A DNA stretch of 64,000 nucleotides. It comes from Eledone cirrhosa. Its lineage: Eukaryota. Below, one piece after another: positions 11,498-23,893 of the stretch; position 1 is the stretch's first letter; the number at the start of each line of letters is the position of its first letter. The position numbers and the translations under genes are program-made. Location of the stretch: contig OZ024742.1 of NCBI GenBank assembly GCA_964016885.1, positions 239,134,001-239,198,000 of the forward strand. Reading direction: 5' to 3'. Below the pieces are notes generated by a model. That model had not been told where the DNA came from, did not search any database, and saw nothing but the letters and a program-made list of their open reading frames with translations.

Positions 11498-12783
11498 TCA
11501 AAATTAATTAAAGGAAAGTCAACCAACATTCATTAAAATTGTTTATTCATTTACAATTGTTTCTGGCACAAAAAGATTTTGAGTCTTCCGTCAAATATAA
11601 TAGGCAAATTTACGTAGTCCATTAATAAAAATGGCAAATCTCTGCGTCGTCTTCAGAATAGAAAAAATATATTTCAATAAAATATCCCTAGAAAATAACT
11701 CACTTCAAGCTGTATATAACAACAAATTCACTAAAAGGATTGTTAAACCAGGAAAATATCCTAAATAAAATATTTTACTGTTTTAAAAAAACCGAAGCAA
11801 GACGTCTTTTTCTGGTTCAACAAAATACATTAAATGGTGAAGGGGAGATAATTATTGTAAGATATATTAATATCTTGGAAAAGCAAGCACTAATTAAGAT
11901 TACAATTAAATTTCCATCTCTTTAAAACAATAAAATATTTTATTTAGGAATTTGTGTTGGAGCACTGAAATAGCGGTGTATATATGAATGTACGCATTTT
12001 ATATCTAATAATATACTGCATGTTTATTTTAAAACATTTTGAAAGCTTTTCGCTATGAACTTTAGGTAGTGACTATAGTCACATACCTAGCTTCATCAAA
12101 AACAAAGGGGAATAACCGACGCGTTTCTCGTTGTTTAGCGGTTATCAAGGTTATATATCCTTTTGATTTTGATGTGAGCTGTAGAAGCTGGATTTTTACA
12201 AAATACCACTTATGTTTATGAATTCTTTAAACTCATTGACATACAGTGCGGTTGCCGTCCCAGCAACAATTAGAAATTTGTGCTGGAGTTCTGAAGTAGC
12301 GATGTATATATGAATGTAGTATTGCATATTTAATATACTGTATGTTTATTTAAAAACATTTTGAAGGCCTTTCGCCATGAATTTTAGGTAGTGACTATAG
12401 TCACATACCTACATGCGGGGTCGATAAAATAAAGTACCAGTAATGCACTGAGTAATTGCTGGCCTTGTGCCTAAAGTAGAAACAATTATTAAATGTACAA
12501 TACGTACATTTTATTTAGGATATTTTTCTGGTTTAACAAACCTTCTTGTGAATTTATTGATATGCACAGCTTGAATATTTTTGAGTAACTTTTTATTGAA
12601 ATATGTTTTTTCTATTCTAAAGATGGCACAGTGATTTGTGAGTTTACTATTTTCATTAATGGACAATGTAAATTTGCCGATTATATTTGACAGAAGACTC
12701 ACAATCTTTTTGTGCCAGAAACAATTGTAAATGAATAAACAGTTTTAATGAATGTTGGTTGACTTTGCTCTAATTAATTTTGA
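11498..12783. mobile_element. Non-coding fold-back element with ~270-bp inverted arms (11498-11771 / 12508-12783) and three hammerhead-like motifs; probably PLE pLTR-derived
   Basis: Diverged but clear inverse homology; motifs at 11548-11660 (-), 12613-12733 (+) and 12035-12104 (-); internal direct repeat ~11947-12089 / 12272-12411. Confidence 0.75.
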
Positions 12784-12979
12784 AAATACATGCTATATTA
12801 TATCAGTAACTCTTTCTAAGCTCTAACCTAGCTTCTCTCTCAATGCTTGTTTTGCATGAAATAAATATTGAGCAATTGCTTCATTCTGTGGCTGGCATTT
12901 ACAACTTATATATCTCTCTCTACTCTCCTTTGAGATTTCATTATATTCTTCCACTTTTGATATGCATATATATATATAT

Positions 12980-14144
12980 ATATTTAATACAATAACAGAG
13001 ATAGTTTAAAGCTAAACTCTGACTGGTAACCATCTCACTCAACAAACATTAGGTTATATTAAAATATAAACCCAATTTAAGTGTTTGGGGTGCTAACAAA
13101 ATGTATAATGTGGAAAAACCAGTTGTATTATTTTATGAGATATAATTAAAGTTAAAGTATATCTCTCTTTCCAAACAATTGTTTCATTATAAGTTTTCTA
13201 CAAGTTTGGGAGAATGTTTCCAGTTTATGTAGAAGCCTAATATATATTCATGTAAGAATATATTTAGGTGGGCACTTATAAATCGTCAGTGGAAGCCCAT
13301 TAAACATTGATATAAGAAAACAATTTCTTACCGCTGTCAAAAATCATGTCCGTAAAGTAGCTCTCTCTCACCTCAAATGACCGCCAAATTTGAAATTCCA
13401 GCAGTTTTTGACTGAGGAAGTATCATAGCGACACAAAGCGGGAAGGGGAGACAACCCACGAAATGAGGAAAAAAAATAATAATATACACGCCGGTTAATT
13501 AGTTTTTTTGAAAACATTATCAATCCGACGTGTTTAAGAACTCAATTGAAAATAAAAAAATAAATATATGCTTGTATAAATTACACACGCATATAGATAT
13601 TTTCTTAGGCTAAATCAAAAGTTGTACCTGAATAAGAACCGCTTCTCATAACCGCTGTAAATGCAGAAAGTTATGCTATAAAGGGCAAATGGGAATATAA
13701 TTCTCCGGCTGAAATATTAAGAGTAAAATATAAAACACACGCGGGTTAATTAGTTATTACAAAACCAATATTAGTTCCTCGTGTAAAGAACTCAATTAAT
13801 AAAAGAAAATAAATACATATATGCATGTAATTATATACATAGGCATATAAATATATATTTTCCTAGGCTAAAACAGAGAAGTTACAACCAAAAAAAAAGC
13901 CACAATATTTCACAACAGTAATAAATACGGAAAGTCAAATTCATAAGGTACCTGGAAATAAACACCTCTGGCCAATCAAGAGTAAATATTTAATACAATA
14001 ACAGAGATAGTTTAAAGCTAAACTCTGACTGGTAACCATCTCACTCAACAAACATTAGGTTATATTAAAATATAAACCCAATTTAAGTGTTTGGGGTGCT
14101 AACAAAATGTATAATGTGGAAAAACCAGTTGTATTATTTTATGA
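12980..14144. mobile_element. Non-coding element bounded by two apparently identical 159-bp direct repeats (12980-13138, 13986-14144)
   Basis: atatttaatacaataacagag...gtattattttatga occurs twice; internal duplication with ~250-bp period; (TA)n flanks. Confidence 0.8.
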
Positions 14145-15009
14145 TATATAGTAATAATAATAAATTTGAAAACTAAAATCCAGTTTCAGAAGATCCCGTT
14201 AAGGGTGAAAGCAGCGATTCTTTGCTTAAACTTTAATCTGTTATTTTAATAAATATATATATATATATATATATACATATATATATGTATATATGATGAT
14301 GATGATATATATATGATGATGATGATATATATATATGATGATATATATATATATATGAGATATATATATATATGAGATATATATATGAGATATATATATA
14401 TGAGATATATATATATGATGATGATGATGACGATTTGAAAAACTCAGACTATATATATATATATATATATATATACAGTGATATGAGACTGCTTTTTCTA
14501 ATAACCTATTTCTCACTAATTTATTGATTTAGACATGTTGGCTGACAGCTTATGATGGGAGCAGAACTATTTGATTTCTAATCTCCTGCCATCACCTAAA
14601 TTTATAAACCGGTGGCTGGTCAGGGGACAGCATTGTATCAGATCCCAGTTGCTAATCACTTTACCGTGTTGGCCGTCACAAGCAGTCATAGCCGGCATGG
14701 ACTGGAGTCGAATTCTGTCGATCGATTGGTTATTGATTAGGCGAAACCCGCTGATGAAGCCGATTATGCATTGTGGCATAATATATGCAGACAGATGGTG
14801 CTGTGCATTCTGCTGCTGCATAAAGTGTGGCAGAGATTTGAGTTTGGGAACTACTCTAGGTACCCGTTTACGTGTGAAGCGAATAACTATGTGTATACTC
14901 TGGGAGTGTATTTAACATTACCTATTGAGTACGCTGAAATGCAACCGGTCCTAGCATTGATACATATGCTGGGTCCGTCAACTTCTTATTATAAATATAT
15001 ATATATGAA

Positions 15010-15975
15010 GCTCTTCTACGATAGAGAGAGTTGGGCTTGTCTGTTACTGACAAGGGGGAGGACGAATGGAGTCAGAGAGCTTGGGACAGCATACAATCGA
15101 AGGCCACCTTTAACTCTCTCTTCAACCAGTCAGATCAGTTCTCAAGGTACCACTTTGTGTCTGCTAGCATCAAATACTCAGGTGACTGGGTTGATGCCCT
15201 ACCCATGGCTAACATTGGAGGCCTACTCAGCTTTGACAGAGTAGGGGCTGACGTTTGTACGGGTCTGAAATATTGGTGTGGTAAGATCCTCGATTCCACA
15301 GGCCTTCATGGTCTATCTTGCCGTCTGAATGCCGGTCATTTCGCGCATCACCCTGAGCTAAACCTCATCATCAAGAGAGCTTTGGCTCAGGCAAACATCC
15401 CCCCGATTTTGAAACTGTTTCGGTTGTCCAGAATTGATGCAAAAAGACAGTCTTACCCTGTGCCCCTGGATAAGAGGCAGGTGTTTTATCTGAGACATCA
15501 CAGTTAGTGACTCCTTTGCTTCTTCTCACATCTTGAATGCTGTGGTTCGGGCAAGAGCTATGGCTTCTGCAGCTGAACAGAACAGAATCCTGAAATACCG
15601 TGATCTGTCAGTTAACTATATATTTTTGAGCTTATGGCATTCAAGACGTTTGGGGGAGTTGGACTGCTATCTTCACTGGCAGCTCGCCTAACCGAGATAA
15701 TTCTTGATGCATGTGAGGGCACTTGACTGTTCCAGCGCATCAACCTTGCCATCACCCTAGGTAACACTGCGAGTGTGTTGGCTTGCCTTAAACATTATTA
15801 GAGAAGTTTCCTAGTGCCCCTCGCGATATTGTTATCGTTTACTCCGAAGAGCAGTTCATCTTTCCACTCCTTTCGCCTGACTTTTGTTGTATGTGGTCCT
15901 AGATGTGTGTATTACCCGCTTGTTTTTTTTTTCTTTCTTTTTAGTTGTAATGTGTTGATGGTTATGCCTTAATAA
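15010..15975 (+). mobile_element. CRE-like non-LTR retrotransposon 3' part (zinc knuckle plus restriction-like endonuclease), decayed
   Basis: SQRAWD, SGDWVDALP, CGKILDSTGLHGLSC...HFAHHPELNLIIKRAL, downstream AE..RILKY and AITLGNTASVL remnants; aataaa near 15971. Confidence 0.75.
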
Positions 15976-16439
15976 AACATAAGTTATACGTTTTTATATT
16001 TAAAAATATAATATGGCTGGATTAAGGCCAAATGGTGTTCTATGTATTGCTCAACAACGGTGTCCCGTTGACTCTTCTATTGTCTAACTGACAAGACATT
16101 AAGACATAATAATTGCTGAATGTGAAATAATAGATTGAAAATTCATTTTTCTTTTTGGCCAAACCTCGTAAGTTTATAGCCTTTTTAAAACAATCAATTT
16201 ATTTAACACTTAACAACAATAAGCAATATAAATAAATTATTTACTCATATCTAATAACAAGGAAAAATGTGTATTTTGAACAATATTTTTATTCATCTAA
16301 AAAATCATTACATTTAACCTTTGAACTAGGGTAATTCAGACACTATAAAAAACTCTGTGGTGTACCTTTCCCTTCATGTCCCAAGCACGTATTTATTTTG
16401 TTTAATGTTTAATCTGGCCCTACACACACACACACATAC

Positions 16440-17110
16440 TTGATGCATTAAAAAACAAATTTACCACATTAGATATGGACTTATATAGAGATGATGGATT
16501 GGTTATAACCCACCAGACCAAAGGACAAACATCAGAAGCAGTTAGAAAAGACCTTATAAGCAACTTCAATAAGTTAATTCTAAAAATATCTATCACCCTT
16601 AACTTAATTATTGTAAATTTCTTAGATGTTAGCCTTGCCCACAGATAATTACAAGCCATATAATAAACTTAATGGAAAGCAGACATACATTATATAAATA
16701 GTTGTTTTTAAAAACCTGACTAAAAATATCAGTAAAAGAATCTTTAACTTGTTATCAAATAAAAGAATATTTGACAATACCTTAACAAATAAATATTCCC
16801 CATCAATCACCAATAGTGAAAACTATTTAATAGAAATAACCTTAAACTGAGTTACAACTTAACAAACGTGCCAACTAAATTAACTGAGGATAATTGCACA
16901 AGCAGAAACACAAATGCAAGCCCCCTTAATAAGTCATGCAATACTGAAATGATCATCTACTAGAGACCTCCACCAAACAAAGCCTAACTCTCATGCATAA
17001 ATATGATTTAAGTATAGTGAAAGGTAAATTTAAACAACAGTATTTCAAATATACTATTCTTGCAGATATGTTGAAAGAGAAATGCAATAAAACTATTTAA
17101 TTACATCTCA
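16440..17110 (+). mobile_element. Heavily decayed Penelope-like RT/EN remnant
   Basis: DLYRDDGL at ~16478, VNFLDVSL, NYKPYNK and KNISKRI motifs, with many stops. Confidence 0.65.
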
Positions 17111-18469
17111 TATGCATTTGATATCAAGAGATGCAGACGGCACAGAAATGATAACAAAAAAATCACGGATTTCATATATTTGAAAAGAGCCACATGTTAA
17201 ATAAACTTTTAAATATTTACAAACTCAGATGAGAAATCTTCACCAAATATCACTTTTATTACTTCCTACTGAAACATTGGAAGATTATACCACCATCATC
17301 TATCACTGCTACAATAGCCTATACTTCTTTAATCCTTATTACAATGGCTGTTGCTTCTGCTATTACTACAACAAACTTCTTTGAACTAGCTATCTTCTCC
17401 TTTCTCCTTAGTTCACTTGTACAAACCACCTCCCAGATCCTGCATTAAACACTTTATTCAATCCTCCCCACCCTAAATAGCATTACTCTAAATTTCCCTC
17501 CCTTCCCTGCTGCCACCTTACAAATATTCAAACTGAAGAATAAACCTCTCTGATCTCACCAGTCTGGGATGACTGGCAAATATTATTGACAATCCCCCTT
17601 GGTCTCTAATGATCTTTTAACAAAAAGAAGATGGCAATCATATACTGAATAGAGTGGCACACATAGTTAAAGGACACTTTGTCAATTGTAACTACTTGTC
17701 ATTTACAAGTTTATAGGAATTTATAATCATGGCAAACGTGTTTACAACAATCCTTCTCTATTCTGTCTGCCGGCGTCAGGGGTGGCCAGTATGTGGGCCC
17801 CCATTTGCTCATAATAATTATTTCTACTTTTGGAACAAGGCCAGCAATTACCCCAGTGCATTATTTCATCGACCCTGTAAGGAGGAAAGGCAAAGTTAAC
17901 CCCGGCGAGATTAACTTTTAACATTTGCTCATAATAATGAGAGATAGGGAGGCGGTGACAGTGGGAGTTTAGCTCTTCTGTGTTCGGATCTGGTGTATAT
18001 AAGGATGGTTCGCTACACATACTTTAATAATTTAGTTTAGTTGTTGACCCTTTACCTATTTAATATTTTGTCATTATTATATTTAACTTCCAAACAATCC
18101 AATTGCATAGAGACAGTTGGAATTACTCAGTACTGTGGGATTTTAGATTCTTTGTGCTTTCTATCGTCCTTTAAGATTTTGCAGATTTTTATAGTCCCAG
18201 ATATTGTGACCACTTGTAGCTTATGAATTATGAAGCTGTGTTCTTTCTCCAAGAATCTAAGTTCAGCTATAATTTAATTCAGTGTATCCTGTAGCTCCAA
18301 TAGTAATTAGTATGAAGCTGAAAATGTATGTTGGGTACTAAATTTGAAAACTCCTCAACGATGCTACATAGATATATTCCATCTCTTTATTTTTTACCAC
18401 ATTGATAGTTGACTTCCACAACTGAGCATGGTTTTATGAAGGTATCTTCTTTTTTGCCCATTTATTCAT

Positions 18470-19400
18470 GGATGGGGCAGGGGGCTCTCAAAGTCCTCAA
18501 GCTCGCCTTCCAGTGGGTCTTGTCAGAAGCAACCATCTTCAATTGATCTGGCTAGATCCTCAAACCAAGCTCATAGATGTTATCCAATCATTTTACTTGG
18601 GGTCAATCCCTGAGTCTCCTGCTACTTGGTTTTACCTGTAAAATCTGACCAGCAATGTTTTCCTGAGACATTCTGACAACAAATCCATAGTATCGGAGCT
18701 GTGATCTCTCAATTTAGAGAAATAACAGCTCTACCTGAGCGACTCCCTGATCTCTGAGCTACAGACTCTATCAAGTGACATTACTCCAAAGACTCATGGA
18801 GGAACTCAATTTTGCCTGCTTGTTTTCATGAACGTATTCTTTTGGTCATTGCCCAAGATTCATGACCATAGGTAAGGGTTGATATGAAAACTGAATTGAA
18901 GATAACAAGTTTGGATTTTACACCTACCTCCCTTCTTCTGATGACTGAATGTTGAAACTGGCACATTACTGCACCAGCTCCTGCAATTCTTACACTTAAT
19001 TCAGCCTCCATCACTCATAAACATGACTCCCAAGGCATTTGAACTTCTTTGCCTGTAACACTGATTTTCATTCCTGCCATGCAGCATTTGGCAGCAAACG
19101 TATCAAGTACATTTTAGAGATCCCCTTATGATGAGTTAAATTCCAGCCAACTGATCCTACACCTACCAATCGTGACGCCAATTCCAACCTTGCTGTGCAT
19201 GTCAATCCTGCTCATGAAGATTATGAACAGGAGAGATGACAGTATGCACTTTTGGAAAAATCTGACACCCACATTGAATAGATTTGACTTAGCACCATTT
19301 ATCTAAACAGAAATACAAGCACATTTGTATAGAGACATCAGAGCAACAAGAAGCTGTTCATTGATCCCATACTCTTTGTATAGACTTGACCAAGGAGGCT
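18470..19400 (-). mobile_element. Decayed RTE LINE RT/C-terminal fragment
   Basis: ORF 18826-19014 SKLVIFNSVFISTLTYGHESWAMTKRIRS; homologous to 4108-4671. Confidence 0.8.
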
Positions 19401-19850
19401 TAACAAGGAAATTCCTTTCTCTTTTTGAAGATTGGGTTTATCACTCCTGATTGCCATTGCTTTGGTGCCTTTCCAGAGATCCAGACCACCTTAGCACATA
19501 CGAGTCAATCACAGAATACCTTCTCTATTTAAAGCTTTTCATCTTCCCCAGAGGCCTTGCCATATTTGAGCTCTTTAATTGCTCTGGTGACCTCCACCTC
19601 TTGGAGGTTAGTTATCACTCCCAGATGTACCTCATGTACATTCAAAGATATTAAGTGACTGGGTTTAGGAGATCAGCAAGGTATTCCCTCCACCTTGCAA
19701 GGAAGAAAGAATCCCAGACATGTTCCTGATAGCTGGCATGGAGGAGGACTACCCAGAGGTAGACCATGAGCAAGTTGACTTCTGATAGAACCCTCTGGAA
19801 GACATGCCTGAGGACTCTTTCCCAAGGCCTTTTCAGGAATAATTGGGTAG

Positions 19851-19946
19851 AAGAAGACGAAAATGAAGAAGAAGAAGAAGAAGAAGAAGAAGAAGAAGAA
19901 GAAGAAGAAGAAGAAGAAGAAGAAGAAGAAGAAGAAGAAGAAGAAG

Positions 19947-19983
<37 letters not shown>

Positions 19984-20006
19984 GCAGCAGCAGCAGCAAC
20001 AACAAC
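19851..20006 (+). repeat. Compound trinucleotide microsatellite (GAA)n(CAA)n(CAG)n following an RTE 3' end (~19660-19850)
   Basis: Directly visible; preceded by a PRGRP remnant and a 3' end resembling 4570-4645. Confidence 0.9.
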
Positions 20007-21884
20007 ATGAACATGAACTTCATGCAAGTAAGATTTATCCTCACTATGATATAAAAGTTTTGTTTCAAGTATTTATATACAACCTTCTTAGTGAACTGGT
20101 CTATCATTTAGTATTTTTATTTTGATGCAGTATTGAATATAATTTTCCAATGCCCTTGGAAAGAGCTCTGTGTTAGCCTTTATTTCAAGTCCCTTCTGAA
20201 GTTTGACTATCCCAATAATTTTGTTTTTTTTCTTGGAAGGGATGGTTGTTGATTTTTTTCCTCAGTAAAGGAAGTTGCTTCAGGGTTACAATCTTGGTGT
20301 TGTACGGTTAAAACAGTTTTACGACCAATGTTATTCTCCTGTACCTACATCGGTTATTCTTTTGCAACCTTTTTCACCATGTATGTATAGCATAGATTGA
20401 TGGTCGTGTTGGTAGTTGATTGTGTTGTGGTGTTGATTCATTTGTTGCGTGTGTGCTCACTTGTAGCTGGCTGTGTGGTGTGGTCACTGTTGTCTGTGAC
20501 CAGAGGTTGCATGTGTGCAGGTAAGTAAGTGTTCATTAAGATGATGATGATATGATAGTTCCTTGATCACGCAGAAAATGAATATATATAAATGAACCAC
20601 GATAACACCAAACCGCTATATTATTAATTTATTGAAAATAGCTCACGCTGAAGCTATACGAAAAATATACAAGAATTATGGACGTTATTTGTTTGTTTGT
20701 AAAAGTAGAGTTAAAATTGTATTTACCAAGAAAACTTCATGAACTTCACTGGCTTGGTTGAGAGAGACCAAGAGATAGAGATTGAGTGAGAGAGAGTAAG
20801 AGTCAGTAAGACCCAAAGGGTCAGTGGAAAGCAATAGTTTACGTTTATTCTATTAAGAATCGTTCTGAACTGCCTGGTCTGGTCTAAGGCAGGCTATTTA
20901 TCTATGTCGCTTTCTTTGTCTCCAAGGTTTGAGGATAAAGGGCTGACCTTTCGACATCAATCAATCTCAGACCTGTTGACGCCCAAAAGGAGATAACCCA
21001 GAAAATGACCGTTAAATGTCACAAAAGGGTCAATGTGGATAGGTTTCGCTACATATCTATGTATATATATCCACAGAGACATGGAAATACTTGGTTTAGC
21101 GCGCGAGTGCACAGTTAGCCCACCGGATGCGAGAGGCCCCTAGTCCTTGTTAGGATATCATTATAGAAGGAAAACCCTGATGTTAAACCTGTGACTTGAT
21201 AGCAGCCAATGATGTTACCTGTTCTATTTGGATACCTGTCACCGTTGTTCAGAGAGTGTGATTAGTTCAATACAAGGCCTTTCACCACATACAAAAGCTT
21301 CAAGCTCAAGCATGACTTGATCTAAACGACTTTCACATGTGTGGCATGAACATGGACTTTCCACTTTTCTTTCGCTGCAGCATATGCAGAAAGGAATCTA
21401 AGTTCGAGACACCTATGTATGAGAAAAAGGTCATAGGATGGAAATTCTCGAAATCGAAATGTAGATTCTCCATACTGTCGGCCGGAACCCAGAGGCGGAG
21501 AGTAAGTTAGTTAGAAGTGGAGGATACTCGTTCGGACGTCACTTTCTCGCTATTTCTACATATGTGCATCATCTGATTCCCTTTGATGTTTTCGCTATTT
21601 TACGGCCCTTTACGATCTAAGTTCAAATCCCGCTGAGTTAATTTTGCCTTTCAACCTTACGGGGTCGATAAAATAAATGCACTCGGGTATTTGCTGGCCT
21701 TGTGCCAAAAGTAGAAACAATTATATTATGTAGGTATGTAATGTTTGTTGTCTCTCGTGGACCAAGTGTGTTTGGTATGCACTATACAAACAGCTGAAAA
21801 TTGAACGAGAACGCGGAAATAGAAAAATAAACAGGTGAACGGAATTGAATAGAATGAGAGAATAACTAAACTCAGAAAGTCTAC

Positions 21885-21958
21885 TGCTACGCGTTTGGCA
21901 AATATCACGTGACCATTAGTCTTATGAATATTCATTAACATCTTTCAATATGGCGGCT
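21885..21958 (+). promoter_or_regulatory. Putative proximal promoter of the TTC17-like gene: E-box TCACGTGAC (21905-21913), palindrome ATGAATATTCAT, YY1-like ATGGCGGC at the start codon
   Basis: Motifs lie immediately upstream of or overlap the ATG; function is inferred. Confidence 0.45.
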
Positions 21959-22063
21959 CGTGTCGTTCTGTTGATATTTTCCCTGCTTTTAATCGTTTAT
22001 CTGGAAGCAGTGCAGACTGCAACTCACTGGGTTGTTACCGAGGATGGAAGGATTCAAGCACAG
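21950..22063 (+). CDS. TTC17: First coding exon of a tetratricopeptide repeat protein 17-like gene (signal peptide); phase-0 intron follows
   Basis: MAARVVLLIFSLLLIVYLEAVQTATHWVVTEDGRIQAQ then GT at 22064; hydrophobic leader plus THWVVTEDG(R/K)IQ matches my recollection of the conserved TTC17 N-terminus. Confidence 0.85.
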
Positions 22064-22220
22064 GTAGTCTTAGATTAATTTTGAACTAAAAATACAAATC
22101 AAAGAAAAAATAAATCCATAATCATAGTATTGCAGTATTATGATTGTTCATTATCTAATAGCTCTACCAGTATGTGTTTGTGTAGTGTGTATATACATAC
22201 ATACATATAATTATATATAT

Positions 22221-22253
<33 letters not shown>

Positions 22254-22256
22254 AAA

Positions 22257-22288
<32 letters not shown>

Positions 22289-23613
22289 ACACATATAAAT
22301 ATAATGTACTTTTTATGTACATATCTGTTGGCAAATTATAAGACATCGTTGTACTTGTGTATTCTCTCATCCTTAAAGAGAATATACAATATATGTGTGC
22401 TGTGATGATAAATATATAAGTTTAATATATTTTCCTCATTAGTCTATATCCTATCCACTTTCTATATCTACTCATCGAAATTTCTCTGGCTATTCTCAAC
22501 TCTGTTATTTATGTCTCTAATATTTCATTTCTCACTCCTTTCGTTAGGTTGCCTCTTCGACTTTCTTTATCACCATTAGACACTTATTTTTCACTCATCT
22601 GTCAATCTCTCCTTATCTCCCAAATACACGTATTTATTTCTGTATCTGTATTTTCATCTCTCTCTTCTTTGTACACAATCTATTTCTAAACCGTTCTCAC
22701 ATTTTTCACGGTCTACACACACATGTGTATATATATAGGGCTTTCCTGGTGATTTCCTTCGAATGAAACTGTTCTAGTCATGTAGCGGCTATTTGTATAT
22801 TCAATTATATATATATAAATATATATATATATGTGTGTGTGTGTGTGTATGTGGTAAACAGGCAAAACTCTAGAGTAACAAGACTCACTATTTTAATATA
22901 ATGAATATTAAAACTGTATTCGGTATTGAGTACTCTTCTCTCAACCGTCTACCACATACAGGTATATATATATATATATATAATTTTGTTGTGCATGAAA
23001 CGTTAAACTATTGAGTGACTATTAAAAACATTTCAGCTAATAAAAATGTATATGGTTAATGTGGAGATTTGCGGCGTAGTTAAATAAAACTAATGATAAT
23101 TGGCAATGTAAAAAAAAAATAATAACTTGGGTTTTTCTTGAATTACCAACAGAAATAGGTTTCGTTTTAGTGTGGATACAGCAAAGCTAATTGTTTTTCT
23201 TCTCGTAATACACGTGCTTTTAAGTTGAAATTATTTTGATATACATGCAGCGTAAAGTATATTTTGTTTGCAAGCAAGAAAATTCCATTAAAAACGCTAG
23301 CGCGCGCATATATTTCTGTATGTGTGTGTATATATATATATAACTGTGAATTTATTTTGCAAGGTTATTGATATGAAATCGCGTGTTGAAACAAATATTG
23401 TAATATTTGGGGAGAGTGATATTGTTATAATATTGCCAGAAATATATAATAAAACACACTCACCGTTTGGTTTCGATTGGTTTTCGCTTCCATATATTCT
23501 ATATCCCTATAGTTAATTTAGCTGGCAATGAATGTTTATATTGATTGACCAACAGTTATATATATATACATATATATATATATAGTTATGTAATAAACAA
23601 CATAAGGTAATTA

Positions 23614-23674
23614 TTTCATTTACCAGTGGTTTCTTGAAAGCAAATAAAATTTACTTTCAATCGTCAGAATGAAA
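23614..23674 (-). ncRNA. Hammerhead ribozyme motif with intact core (left arm of the palindrome)
   Basis: Minus strand tttcatt-CTGACGA-ttgaaagtaaat..atttgctttcaa-GAAA-ccactg-GTA-aatgaaa. Confidence 0.8.
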
Positions 23675-23705
23675 AAATCCTGGTGTATTTATTGACATTG
23701 GATTT

Positions 23706-23766
23706 TTTCATTCTGATGATTGAAAGCAAATTTTGTTTGCTTTCAAGAAACCACTGGTAAATGAAA
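23706..23766 (+). ncRNA. Hammerhead ribozyme motif with intact core (right arm of the palindrome)
   Basis: tttcatt-CTGATGA(23713)-ttgaaagcaaa...tttgctttcaa-GAAA(23747)-ccactg-GTA(23757)-aatgaaa; 7-bp stem I, 11-bp stem II. Confidence 0.85.
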
Positions 23767-23858
23767 TAATTAACTTATGTTGTTTATTACATAACTATTA
23801 AGCTCTGTAACCTACATAGAGTACGTTTTTTCCTGGACCTTTCCGACGGAATTACTTC

Positions 23859-23893
<35 letters not shown>

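Noticed and set aside
14738-14762. ggc-GAAA-cccg-CTGATGA-agcc as a permuted hammerhead
   Set aside because: Only 4 nt separate the core halves, leaving no room for stems I and III or a cleavage triplet; at best a deleted remnant.
19673-20125. Poly-E/Q, poly-K/N and poly-L/F ORFs
   Set aside because: Translations of a trinucleotide microsatellite.
21240-21475. Possible divergent gene sharing the TTC17 promoter
   Set aside because: The minus-strand ATG frame stops after about 46 codons, with no recognisable motif or convincing splice donor.
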